The notes under the pieces were generated by a model, which saw only the letters and a program-made list of their open reading frames with translations, made no database searches and was not told where the DNA came from. This document shows positions 1 to 10,600 of a stretch of 64,000 nucleotides of DNA, piece by piece. Position numbers and translations under genes: made by a program. The stretch lies in contig CBDAOD010000002.1 in NCBI GenBank assembly GCA_965197935.1, positions 1,154,849 to 1,218,848 on the forward strand, in the 5' to 3' direction. This DNA comes from Vicinamibacterales bacterium. Lineage in GTDB: Bacteria; Acidobacteriota; Vicinamibacteria; Vicinamibacterales; CAZQMT01. Positions within the stretch are counted from its first letter, which is position 1. Every line of letters starts with the position of its first letter.

Positions 1-916
1 CCCGGAAGAGGTGGACGTTGTTGCGCAGCACAGCGCTTAGCTTCCGGCCCTGCTCCAGGGTGAGATTCCACGGGTTCTTCAGCAGCGCGAATCGCGTGCC
101 CTTGGTCACCTTCGCCTCGTCGGGGTCGCCCGCGGTTCGCCGCTTCCGCTGCTGATCGCGCCGCACCTCCTCGACGGCGTTCGTCGAGAGCTGCTGGACG
201 TGGAAGCGGTCGAAGATGATCGTGGCGTTGGGGAGGCGGTCCGTGATGGCCTTCTCGTACGCGGCGGACATATCGCTGGTGACCAGCTGAATGCCCGCGC
301 ATTGCTCCGGGCCGATGAGGTCGAAGAAGGTGCACAGGGTCTCGGCGTTCTTCCCCTTCGCCGCCCAGACGACCTTCCCCGTGTCGTGATCCAGCACGAC
401 CGTCAGGTAGTGATGCCGCTTGCGATAGGAGAATTCATCCACGCCGATGCGCGTGAGGCCCGTATAGCGTTCGGGATCAAGGCGCGCCTCCCCAACTCGC
501 CGCACGATCCGACCGACGGTGCGCCACGCGATGCCGAGCAGCCGCGTCACCGACGTGCTGTCCGTCTGCCGGGCCAGGAACGCGGTCAGTTCCTCCATGC
601 GGTGGGTGAACTGCGTGCCCGCCGCGGCCCAGGGCACCCGTTCAGTGCGCGGCTCCCCACCGCAGCGGGCACACGTGACCCGCCGGCACCGATACACCAG
701 GTAGATTCTGACCGGTCCCCAGTTGAGATCCTGCCATCTCCCGACTGACCGAGGATGGTCATACTGCGGGGCTCGCTTGCCACATCCGGCACAACGGGGC
801 GTGCGCCACGTCGGCGTCACCTCGATCGACAGCACATCGTCCCGATCCATGACGAGCCCACGGACGTACAGGTGCGTGACACCGACCAGCTTTTTGAGTA
901 CAGATCTGAAGCTCAC
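1..916 (-). CDS. ISL3-family transposase, 3' partial
   Basis: Hand translation from GTG 916 (RBS GGAGG) gives CAGC...CARC Zn-finger, IGVDEFSYRKRHHYLTVVLD, VTSDMSAAY and IFDRFHV. The frame is open to the window edge, so it is absent from the ORF track. Confidence 0.9.
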   Translation of the reverse strand, partial: MSFRSVLKKLVGVTHLYVRGLVMDRDDVLSIEVTPTWRTPRCAGCGKRAPQYDHPRSVGRWQDLNWGPVRIYLVYRCRRVTCARCGGEPRTERVPWAAAGTQFTHRMEELTAFLARQTDSTSVTRLLGIAWRTVGRIVRRVGEARLDPERYTGLTRIGVDEFSYRKRHHYLTVVLDHDTGKVVWAAKGKNAETLCTFFDLIGPEQCAGIQLVTSDMSAAYEKAITDRLPNATIIFDRFHVQQLSTNAVEEVRRDQQRKRRTAGDPDEAKVTKGTRFALLKNPWNLTLEQGRKLSAVLRNNVHLFR

Positions 917-1082
917 GGGAACCTCCGTTGGATAGTTGTGTGTTGTAACCCAACTGTACAACATGTTCCCGTGCGTCTCTCCAGCATAACTCCAGCGCCA
1001 TCAAGCACATACGCTCCAAACGGCGGCATGGCCTTTGGTAGCCTCAATCATGACTTCGACCCACTTTGATGTCAGGAGAGCC
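1..1082 (-). mobile_element. ISL3-family insertion sequence (other end outside the window)
   Basis: Minus strand begins GGCTCTCCTGAC at 1082, an ISL3-like GGCTCT terminus. The rloC-like reading frame resumes immediately at 1083. Confidence 0.75.
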
Positions 1083-2149
1083 TTCTGTTTGTCGTCAGCA
1101 GTCTCATCAAAGGTTTGTGTGACGAGGTCCGAGCGGGTACCGGACACATCAAGCAGGTCTTTGTCCTCACCCACAACGTCTATTTTCACGGTTCCTCTCA
1201 CGAATGTATGCAAGGAGAGTAAGTCCTCTCCGCGTTTAAACTGTGTAGAATCAGCCACTTGCGAGAGTCAGCAATGACCCGGTATCTAAGATGTGGATGC
1301 GGGGGCCTGGACCGCCGGCTGCACTTGAGGGCGCGTGGTACCAGGCCGCCAGCTTTCGAGGCGGTGGAGGGAAGCTCCGGGCGCGCGATGGCCATCGGGG
1401 CGAGTCAGCCGCGAGTTTCACCTGGCTGCATGATCGTCACGGCGTAAACATCTTCGTATCAGCATCTTACGTCGGAACAGGCTGCCGCCGAGCAGGCCCC
1501 CCACCAAAAGCGGGGCCCGCGCAGGCGGCGGTCGATTCAGCTACGGAAGCCCCTGAATCCGGCTGGTTTCTGGCCTATTCCTCATCTTGAGGCCGACGCG
1601 TGATCGGCGAGATCATTCCAGAATCGTGCATACATTTGTGTGAGGAACCATTTTCACAAAGAGGTAACGTTCAATCCGAGGCGCGTGAATGGCGCGATGA
1701 ACGAAGAGACCTTTTGGGTCGTTCGGAAAGTCGGCGTGCAATCAAAGGTTGAAAGACACACTACGAATCCGATCAGGACTTCTTACGAGTTGCTGTGGGC
1801 CGAAGTCCGGAGGTCAGATCGTTCGATACTAACGATTCAGAACACCCTGCGGCGGTTTGTTGAGCACTACTTCAAGATCTTGGGTGGAGTCGATCCCGCC
1901 GAGATTTGGGGGATGTTTGAGGGCAAAGATAGGTTGATTTGCAAGTCGCTATTCTCCTGGGTTCACGATGGTTCGCATTATGCCCATGATGATTTATATC
2001 TGGCGATTGACGACGCGATGGTCGAGGCCTACCTGAAGGTGTCCAGGGCCGTCTTCGGAAGGTCAGGCCATCTCGCTCATTACGGAATGATGATGGGGAG
2101 TGCCCGTGCTGAAGAGCCAGCAACCTCGGTCCTGCATGAGCCAAGCTGA
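1083..2149 (+). pseudogene. C-terminal part of an RloC-like (AAA_13 ATPase + HEPN) anticodon nuclease, interrupted
   Basis: LFVVSSLIKGL...QVFVLTHNVYFH joins in frame to KEVTFNP...NTLRRFVEHYF...SWVHDGSH once 1190-1649 and one target copy are removed. Confidence 0.75.
1190..1649. mobile_element. 460-bp non-autonomous MITE with ISL3-like ends
   Basis: 23-bp terminal inverted repeats GGTTCCTC(T/A)CAC(G/A)AATGTATGCA (21/23 match). 8-bp target duplication ATTTTCAC at 1182-1189 and 1650-1657. No transposase. Confidence 0.9.
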
Positions 2150-2302
2150 ATCGTGAACGGCCGGACACATCGTGGCAGTAGACACACTCAAGGCTCCATT
2201 GGGCTCATGCGTCAGGGCACGGTCTGTTGAACGAGGCGCTGCATTAGTGTCACAGACTGCGGAGCCCGATCAGTAGAGCACATCCGCATGGCCGCCCGGT
2301 CA

Positions 2303-4015
2303 TCACGTTCCTGAATGTTCATTCCGCGCCCCGAGCTTCTCGAGCAGTCCAGTCCGCCGTGGCGGGCGCTGCTGACAGGCGACGCGCAAGGCCCCCTCGT
2401 CGGCCGCGAGCAAGATCCGTGATCGCGCCCGGGTCACGCCGGTGTAGAGCAGCTCTGGGCCGGCCAGTTCGTGCGGCTGGGGGGGGAGCACCAGTAGCAC
2501 CGATTCGAATTCGCTGCCTTGCGAGCGGTGGACGGTCATGGCCCAGGCGGTGTCGTGGCTGGGTAGGGCGGCCAGCGGGACGCTGCGCGGTTCGTGGAGG
2601 CCGGGGAACCAGGCCGTGATGCCGCGCCCATCCTCTCTGTTCAGCAGCACGCCGACGTCGCCGTTGAAGAGTCCCGTGTGGGGGTCGTTGCCGGTGACCA
2701 GCACGGGTCGGCCATGGGCCCATTCGCCGGCGGGTAGGCCCTCGCGGCGCAGTCTGGACTCGACGCGGGCGTTGACGCCTTCGACGCCGTACGGGCCACG
2801 CCGGAGGGCGCACAGGATACGAATGCGGGCCAGGGCGGCGAGGGCCTCGTCCGGAGTTGACGCTCGGACGACGGCCATGACCTGGGGCCAGACCTGTTCC
2901 AGGGCGTCGTTCACCTGTGCGGAGGAGTAATGGAACAGTTCCTCCCGATAGTCTTCGTTGGTCAAGGTCTGCACCGTGGTGTCGCCGTCGTAGTTGCGAA
3001 TGGCGATGGCGAGGCGGCTGATGCCGGGGTGCGACTCGAACCGGTAGTTGCGGTCCAGCTCGACGTGGCAGTCGGTCAGGGCGCCTTGTCCTCCGCCATT
3101 GGCTTCACCAGTGGCTGCGACGATCATCTCGGCCAGCACCCGTCCGGGTTGCACGCTCTCGAGCTGTCGGTGGTCGCCGAGCACGACGAGGCGGGTGCCG
3201 CGTCCGAGGGCGGAGAGCAGGCGGTCCCAGAGGACGAGGTCGAGCATGGAGGCTTCGTCGACGACCACCACGTCATAAGGCAGGGGGTTGGCGGCGTGGA
3301 ATCGGCAGCGGTCGGTGCGCGGATGCCAGCCCAGAAGGCGGTGCAGCGTTCGCGCCTGGAACGCGGCTCGCTCGAGCCGGGGACGAACACTGGCCAGCGG
3401 TCCGTCGATTTCACTGGCGGCCTGGGCAATGGCTTCACCGAGGCGGGCCGCAGCCTTGCCGGTGGGTGCGGCCAGTGCGACGCGGATGCCTAGTTCGCGG
3501 TTGGCGAGCAGGGCGAGCAGGCGCGCGGCTGTGGTGGTCTTGCCGGTTCCGGGACCGCCGGTCACCAGAGCGAGGGCTCGCCGGAGGCCCAGCTCTGCCG
3601 CGCGCCGTTGGGCCGACTGTGAATCGGGAAAGAGCTGCGCGAGATCGTCAGCGTCGCCAGGGCCAGGTGTGTTGGAACCCTCCTCCGGGCTAGCGGCGCC
3701 GTTGGGAGTGTAGCCGGCGGGAACCTGGACATGTTCACTGGCCAGTTCCCGCAACCTGGCGGCCACGCGAGTCTCGGCCTGGTCCAGTCGCCAGGACTGC
3801 AGCCGAGTGCCTCGCAAGACCAGTGGCGCGGGACTGCGGCCGTCGCTGCCCGTAGTGACGGCGGCGCTGCCGGCAAGAAGGCCGGCTTCTTCGTGGGTCA
3901 GCTCGAGCGACGTGTGGCCGGCGGCCCAAGAAGTGAAGAAGCGTTCCAGCACCGGGGCGGCTGCGTCGGGAAGGCCCCAGCGGCGCTTCAACATGTGAAT
4001 GGCTGCCAGGCTCAC
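2303..4015 (-). CDS. recD: Exodeoxyribonuclease V alpha subunit (SF1B helicase)
   Basis: GGPGTGKT, AAPTGKAA, TLHRLLG, VVVDEASM, GDHRQLESV, TVHRSQGSEF, LYTGVTRAR. 570 aa; GTGA overlap with recB. Confidence 0.95.
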   Translation of the reverse strand: MSLAAIHMLKRRWGLPDAAAPVLERFFTSWAAGHTSLELTHEEAGLLAGSAAVTTGSDGRSPAPLVLRGTRLQSWRLDQAETRVAARLRELASEHVQVPAGYTPNGAASPEEGSNTPGPGDADDLAQLFPDSQSAQRRAAELGLRRALALVTGGPGTGKTTTAARLLALLANRELGIRVALAAPTGKAAARLGEAIAQAASEIDGPLASVRPRLERAAFQARTLHRLLGWHPRTDRCRFHAANPLPYDVVVVDEASMLDLVLWDRLLSALGRGTRLVVLGDHRQLESVQPGRVLAEMIVAATGEANGGGQGALTDCHVELDRNYRFESHPGISRLAIAIRNYDGDTTVQTLTNEDYREELFHYSSAQVNDALEQVWPQVMAVVRASTPDEALAALARIRILCALRRGPYGVEGVNARVESRLRREGLPAGEWAHGRPVLVTGNDPHTGLFNGDVGVLLNREDGRGITAWFPGLHEPRSVPLAALPSHDTAWAMTVHRSQGSEFESVLLVLPPQPHELAGPELLYTGVTRARSRILLAADEGALRVACQQRPPRRTGLLEKLGARNEHSGT

Positions 4016-7000
4016 GCAGGGACCTCACTGACAGGGCTGCCAGGGCTGACAGCGCTCACGAACAGCCCGTCGAGGTCGTCCAGCAACGCCTCGGGCGGAG
4101 TGATCTCGAGGACACCGTGGCTGGCTTCGGGGAGGACGCCACGCAGAAACAGCAGGCTCCCGGAGACGGCCTGCGTCCCGGGGCCGTAGAGCCCCAGGTA
4201 GCGACGCAGGGCGACGAGGTACAGATGGACCTGCAGCACGTAGTGCTGCCCCGCCGCGCACCGCCACATTGCTTGCCGGCTGTAGTCAGCGTAACGGGGT
4301 CCCAGATAGTTGCTCTTCCAGTCGACGACGCCCCAGCGGCGATCGGCCCGCACCAGGCGGTCGATATACCCGGTCAGCATGCCGGACAGGGCCTGGCCCG
4401 GCAGACCCGCAAGGTCGAGAGCATAGTCGCGTTCGTCGTCGTTCCGGGCATGACGGGCGAAGATGTTCGACAGTGCCTGGCCGGTGATGCCGGCCCGACC
4501 GAGTGGCAGCAGGAACTCCCATTCAGACAGGCCCCTGTCGGCGGCGGCCGTCTCGAGGCTGGCGTCCAGGCTGTCGAGGCGGGTGGTCTTGAGATCGTCG
4601 AGCGTGTGCCGCACAGCCCCCACCGCATCTTCGGAATGGAGTCGGTGGCGCTGCAAGGCTCGGTCGACCAGTGCCGTGGAGTCTTCCTGGAAATCCCAGT
4701 GCTCCAGCAGCTCGTGCAGGCAGTTGCCGGCGTGGGTGCCGCGAGCGAAGGCCGCGAGCGGCACCTCGGTGGCGGGGGCGTCCTCCGGATCCGTCATGGC
4801 TTCGGCCACCGCATCACGGCGTTCCCGTTCTTCGTGTCGGCCATGGGCCAGCCGCGAGAAGCTGGTGAGGTTCCAGGCCTGCAGATCGAGCGCGGGGGCG
4901 GCGCGCGCGTGCATGGGTGCTTCGGCATGGCCGCCGCCTGTCCAGGTCGTCTCGCTGGGCGAGGGCGGGACAGACACGGTGATCACGTCTGGCTGCGCCT
5001 CTTGAAGGCGGCGCAGCGTGTCGCCGTGTTCGCATCCTGATGCACTCTTCTTTTGAGCGGCGGTGGCCGCGTACCAGTCTTCCAGGCTGTCTGCCTGGTC
5101 GTCGGTCCGCAGCAGCCAATCGAGCGAGGTCGGGGGCAGGGTGGCCCTCGCGGTGTACCCCAGGGGGCCGGCGAGCAGCGTCACGCGGCGGCGGGCGCGG
5201 GTCAGGGCCACGTAGGCCAGACGCAGGTCTTCGAGCAGGCGCTCGGCGGTCACGGCGCGGTGCTCTGCCTGGTTGTCTCGCTGTGTACCGTCGGCCAGCA
5301 TCCAGCCGTCGTCGCCGCGCACCAGCAGACGCTGGTTGGCACCGGGGTCCGGCATCACCGACCAGAGGTAGGGGCAAAACACGAAGTCGAATTCTAGCCC
5401 TTTCGCCCGGTGCACGGTGACGACCTGCACGGCGTCGCCGTCTTCATCCAGGCGGCGCAGGCGTTCGTCCGACGCGCTGTCCTCCGACATCCGCTCGCCC
5501 TCGAACCATTGCAGCAGCTTTTCGGGGGTTCGCTGCCCCTCGGCTTCCCGCGCCTGCAGCAGGTCTTCGAGATGTCGCAAATCGGTGAGGTGCCGCTCGC
5601 CGGAGGGGGCACGGGCCAGGCGAAGCGTGGCCTCGGAATGAGCTTCCAGTCCGGCCATGAGCGCGGCAATGCCCCGACGACGCCACAGCTCGCTCCACTC
5701 CGAGAAACTGGCCAGCCGCTGTTCCGTATCCGCACTGGTGATGTCGGCCAGCATGGCCGAGTCGTAGCCAAACAGGCGGGTCGCCATGGCGGCCCGTCGC
5801 CACCCGGGATGGGTGGGCGAGAGCACCGCCTTCAGAATGGACGCGAGGTCGGACGCCGTCTCGCTCCGCATGACGTCGCCGTCGTCGCGGACCACGGTCG
5901 GTACGCCCCGCGTGCGCAACGCCTGGTAGACCAGCTGCGCTTCGAGATTGGTACGGGTCAGCACGGCGACGTGCGACGGAGTGACCGTTTCCGCGTCGGC
6001 GCCCATCGTCCGGCCCAGCAGGTCCACGATAGCCGCGGCGGTGCAGGCTGCCGCGCGCTCTCGACGTGGCTGGGCACGAACCCACTGCTCGCTGTCTGCT
6101 TCGGGCACCACCCACGTCACCAGTCGCCCGTGCCCGTCCGCGGGCATGGGCAGGTCTGCATCCTGGCGGGCAGCCGTCGCCTCTGGATGCACCAGGGCGG
6201 GGTTGCCGAAGGCGCGGGGCCGTCCGAACAAGGTGTTCAGGGCCACCACCAGGCCATGGGCCGATCGATAGGTGGTGGCCAGGTCGCTCACGCGGGCCTC
6301 GTCCGTTGGCCGGGCAGACAGATACGCGTCGAGGTCTCCACCGCGAAAGCTGTAAATGGCCTGCTTGGGATCACCCACCAGGATGAGCCGTCCGGGACCC
6401 GTCCCGCGGTCGAAGATGGCCCTGAAGATTTCCAGCTGCTGCTGGTCGGTGTCCTGGCTCTCGTCGATCAGGCCCACCTTCCACTTAGCCGACAGCCGTT
6501 GGGTGAGAGCGGCGCGGTTCGGCCCCGAGCACAGGGCTCGGTGTAGCTTCTCGATCAAGCCATCGAAGGTGACGGCGTTGTCGCGTCGCAGGCTTCGCTC
6601 GAATCGTTGCCCCGCCGCCTGGTCCAGGTGCGCGAGCCAGGCCCAGCCGGTGGCGCCGACAGTGGCTTGCACCGCTTCGGCTATGGCCACCATCGCCAAT
6701 GCGCCCGCCTCATCCGAAGCGGCCTTGCCCACCGCGCCTTTCCGGCTAAACCAGGAACCCGCGCCCGCCAGCCGCCCTGCGATATGAAAGATCTCCACCG
6801 GGGGCTGCTGCGGGTCCAGGGTCTCGAGCAGCGTGTGCCAGGCGTCGAGCTGGGCCACCGAATCGGTGCCTGGCTTCTGTGTCGAGCTGTTCAGCTTCAC
6901 CGTGTCCCGGCCGCCAATCTCCTGCAGTCGACGAATGTCGGCGCGGGCATCCTTCAAGGCTTCGAGCGCCTGCGCTACCCTGTTTCGCGCCTCCCGAAGA

Positions 7001-7632
7001 GAGGCCGGCTTCGGTTCCATGCAGGTCGACGGCCGCTGCGTCAACGAGCGCCACGCCTTGAGATCGCCCTCGACCGACCACTTGCCAAGAGCCGCCACGG
7101 CGGCCAGCAACGAATCGGCGGCGAGATCGGTGCGCCACGTATCTTTGACGGCATCCGACTTCAGCTCGCTGGCGTCCGGCAGCACCTCGAATCCGGCGGG
7201 CATGCCGCACAGAAAACTCTCGGACGCCAGCACCTGCTTGCAGAAGGAATGGATGGTCGACACCGCGAGCTGGTCGCTCTCATCCAGCGCCAGGCGCAGA
7301 CTCAACATGGCCGCGTCCCGTTCCGGGGCAGCGAGTGCGCCGAGGCGGTCCAGCAGAACACGAATGCCCTCCTCATCGTCCCCAGGCCGTGTGTCGGCGT
7401 CGGCATGGGCCACCAGGGTCGCCAGATGGCGGCGGGTCCGCTCGCCCAGCTCGCGGGCCGCGTCCTCGGTAAAGGTGACCAGCAGCACCTCGCCGATGTC
7501 GCTGACGACCCCGTCCACCAGCAGGCGCGGCAGCAGGTGGGAGATCGTCCAGGTCTTCCCGGTGCCCGCGCTGGCTTCGATGACCGACAGGCCCTTGGGC
7601 ACCTCGGTCACGTGCAGGTGGAAGTTAGCCAC
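4012..7632 (-). CDS. recB: Exodeoxyribonuclease V beta subunit (helicase + nuclease)
   Basis: Likely start GTG 7632 (VANFHL). EASAGTGKT, LIDESQDT, VGDPKQAIYSFRG, TVHRAKGLEF, YVALTRAR. The C-terminal nuclease motifs GYID...DWKSN...QVHLY are intact. Confidence 0.95.
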   Translation of the reverse strand: MANFHLHVTEVPKGLSVIEASAGTGKTWTISHLLPRLLVDGVVSDIGEVLLVTFTEDAARELGERTRRHLATLVAHADADTRPGDDEEGIRVLLDRLGALAAPERDAAMLSLRLALDESDQLAVSTIHSFCKQVLASESFLCGMPAGFEVLPDASELKSDAVKDTWRTDLAADSLLAAVAALGKWSVEGDLKAWRSLTQRPSTCMEPKPASLREARNRVAQALEALKDARADIRRLQEIGGRDTVKLNSSTQKPGTDSVAQLDAWHTLLETLDPQQPPVEIFHIAGRLAGAGSWFSRKGAVGKAASDEAGALAMVAIAEAVQATVGATGWAWLAHLDQAAGQRFERSLRRDNAVTFDGLIEKLHRALCSGPNRAALTQRLSAKWKVGLIDESQDTDQQQLEIFRAIFDRGTGPGRLILVGDPKQAIYSFRGGDLDAYLSARPTDEARVSDLATTYRSAHGLVVALNTLFGRPRAFGNPALVHPEATAARQDADLPMPADGHGRLVTWVVPEADSEQWVRAQPRRERAAACTAAAIVDLLGRTMGADAETVTPSHVAVLTRTNLEAQLVYQALRTRGVPTVVRDDGDVMRSETASDLASILKAVLSPTHPGWRRAAMATRLFGYDSAMLADITSADTEQRLASFSEWSELWRRRGIAALMAGLEAHSEATLRLARAPSGERHLTDLRHLEDLLQAREAEGQRTPEKLLQWFEGERMSEDSASDERLRRLDEDGDAVQVVTVHRAKGLEFDFVFCPYLWSVMPDPGANQRLLVRGDDGWMLADGTQRDNQAEHRAVTAERLLEDLRLAYVALTRARRRVTLLAGPLGYTARATLPPTSLDWLLRTDDQADSLEDWYAATAAQKKSASGCEHGDTLRRLQEAQPDVITVSVPPSPSETTWTGGGHAEAPMHARAAPALDLQAWNLTSFSRLAHGRHEERERRDAVAEAMTDPEDAPATEVPLAAFARGTHAGNCLHELLEHWDFQEDSTALVDRALQRHRLHSEDAVGAVRHTLDDLKTTRLDSLDASLETAAADRGLSEWEFLLPLGRAGITGQALSNIFARHARNDDERDYALDLAGLPGQALSGMLTGYIDRLVRADRRWGVVDWKSNYLGPRYADYSRQAMWRCAAGQHYVLQVHLYLVALRRYLGLYGPGTQAVSGSLLFLRGVLPEASHGVLEITPPEALLDDLDGLFVSAVSPGSPVSEVPA

Positions 7633-10600
7633 TCGCCGGCCCCGCTTTCGCCGTGGGCGCGGTGTTCGCGAACCAGTCTTCCACCGGGACGAAGACCTCG
7701 GTGGCGAGGCGGCGCCACTCGTCGAAGTTGCCCTCGGCGAAGGGGTCCAGATCGCGCCACGCCAGTTGGGCCGAGGCGCTATCGCCCTCACCGGGTGGAC
7801 CCTTGGGTTGTTGTTCCCATGCCTTCAGGGCCCTGTCGGTTTCATCGACGCCGCGCCGGCCCGCGTCCAAGATCGCAAAGCTGGTCTTTGGCCCGAACGG
7901 TAAGGGGCGCATCCGCGCCTGCCGGCAAAGCTGCAGCAGGCTGTCGAGCGCGGCTCGTGCCTGCCGCTGGGCCATGGGCGGCATGCGGTCGACTCTGGCA
8001 CGCTCCCCATCCTTGGAGACCACGAGGGTGTCGCCGCGGATGCCGCAGGCGGCGGCAAAGGTCGCGCGAACCCAGGCATCCAGACGATGATGGGGCCGTC
8101 CCTTCAGCTCGGTGGGCATGACCAGCACCTGCAGGCTGCCCTCGGCATTGACGGTGATGTTGCCGGCGACCTGCGGGCTCCCTTCCCGGTACACCAGCCG
8201 CTGGGGCTGCAGGCGGCCACCCGCCTGCCGCACGGCGAGTCGGGCCAGGGACACGGCCTCCTGCACACTCTGTCTGCCCATAGCGGTGCCGAGGTTCCCA
8301 TAGGGCATCAGGCGGTCGGCCGCCAGGCGCTCTTCCAGGAACGTGGTCCGTCCTTCCAGCACGGCGCCGATGACCTCGGTCTGAATCTGCCACCGGTTCA
8401 GGCCCGTTGGGGCAGCCACCGGTTCCCTGTCCATGGCGAACGGATCGTCCCCGGCCTGGGGCAGTACGACCCCCAGGGAACCCAGCCAGGCCGACCAGGG
8501 ATCTTTCAGCATCCGGATCATCTCGTGCAGCTCGAGATCGCCCGACTGGACCTCTTCGGGCGGCGCGAAGACGCCGGCCTGGAACGGCGCGGCCACGTCC
8601 TGTCGCTCCTGGCAAGCGCGGGCAATCTCGAGGTGGGCGGTGTCGAACGAGGCTCGCGGGCCGGTGAAGCAGGTGGGGTTGAACGGCTGCAACGGGTGGT
8701 CTTCGATCAGGGCCCGGTAGACCTCTTCCCGGGTGTCGGCACTGCCGGACACGGTCGCGGCGGCCACCCGCAAGAATTCATCGACGCAGGCCGAGAGCGG
8801 CTCTTCCTTGTTGCTGCGGATGTTGCGGGCCGTGGCTGTCAAGATGATCCGGTCGCCGGCCGCTAGAAGGGCGTCGAGAAAGAGCTGCCGGTCTTCGCGC
8901 ACCGGGTCTCGGTCGCCGGGGCGCGGCGCCGCCGCCAGCAGGTCCCAGGCGGGCGCCGTGGCCCTGCGTGGAAAGGCGGCATCCTGCAGGCCCATCACCG
9001 CGAGCACCCGACAGGGGATGGCGCGCATTGGCTTGAACCCACCCATGGCCATGGCCCCGCCCACCCTCGACACGGCACGAATCTCATCCTGGACGGCCTT
9101 GTCGAGCCAGTCGACCACAGCGGCCGCGTCCATCGGCAGGGCGCACGCATGTTCGGTCTCGGCGGCACGCAACTGGTCGATGAGGTCCACGGCCGCCGTC
9201 GAGTCGAACCTTCCGTCCTCTGTAGCAAGGATCTGGTCGAGCGCCTGGTTGAGACGGCTGGCCCACCGGCCCGGGCTGGCCTCGAGTTGCCAGTCTTGGA
9301 GCAGGCTCACGAGGCCGTCCAGCCAGTCGAGTGACGCGCTCATCGACGCGGGGTTCGCCCCCAGGTCACCTGAAACCGGCAGGGCCGGGCGGTGCTGAGC
9401 GTCTGATGCGGCTTGCGCATCACCAAGCCACAATCCGGCCAGCAATCGGTCCAGGCCAGCACGCCACGTGCCCGTATCCTGGTTGCCGGCGTCCATCGCC
9501 TGGCGATGGGCCGCGTTGAGCCCCCAGGTAATGCCGGAGGCACGCAGGCGATCGGCGAGCATCTCCGGGTCGGTGCCGCGCGATTCGACGCAGGCGGCAA
9601 CGGCGGGTAGTTCCAGCAGGGCCAGGCCTTCGCTCAGCGGCGCGCGGCCGGCAGCCAGGCGCAGCACCGTCTGCATGCCTCGCACCAGCGGGTCGCTGCG
9701 ATCGAGACGACGCTCCGAGAGGCGCAATGGCAACGAGGGGTCGCCTTCCCGCAAGATCGCCTCGGCCACCGGACCGTAGGTGTCCAGGTCGGGGGCCAGA
9801 ATCAAGACCTCACTCGCGGTCAGACCGGGTAGGCTGCCAAACGCGTCCAGCAGTTCATCGCGCAGCACTTCCACCTCGCGCCGCGCGCCGTGGCAGCGAT
9901 GCACACGCACCGAGCGGTCAGACTCGATCGACGTGACGCCGTCCACCGCTTCCGCGTTACCCGGCTGCCGCGCCGCGCGGATATCAGCCTGGAGGCGGGC
10001 CAGCAACGTGTCGGAGCTGGACTCGGGCAGCGCGATGACGTCGTACTCCTGACCTTCGGTGACGAGTGCCTCTTCGAAGCTGCGAAAGCTGTCGACGGCT
10101 TGCTTTCCCAGGTGCGACAGCAGGGGATGCCCTTCCCAGGCGGGGTCCACTTCCTTTCCCGCTCGCATCTGCGCGCGTCCGGCTCGCATGTCGCCAAGAT
10201 ATTCGGTGGATGGCAGCAAGGCGCGCAGGCAGACACGGGTTCTGGTAGCCAGGGCACGTAGCAGGGGCAAGATAGTGGGGGGCAAGGGCCCGGTGGCGAG
10301 CACTTCGAGCGAGGCCGGCAGCTCGCCATCGCCCTGTTGGATACGCGCGACCAGCTCCTGCAGGCGGACGGCTGGATTGTGATGGTCCGCCAGACTCTCC
10401 GACAAGCGCCGCCATAGCTCCCGTTGCCAGGCCTCGTCCCCTTGGGCCGGCTCGGGCAAGCCATCCCAGGCTTCCCCTCGGTCCCACGCGGCGATCATCG
10501 ACGGTCTGAAATACAGATACTGGTCGAAGCGGTCGGCCACCTCGGCGGCCAGCGCCTGCCGCGCCCGGGCATCCATGCACGCCGACTCCAGGCGCGGGGT

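Noticed and set aside
4012-7791. ORF-track N-terminal extensions of recB (7791), mcrB (39728), MTase (34578), ardC (30667) and virD4 (27762)
   Set aside because: The extensions are low-complexity or overlap upstream genes; downstream starts fit the overlap and RBS patterns better.
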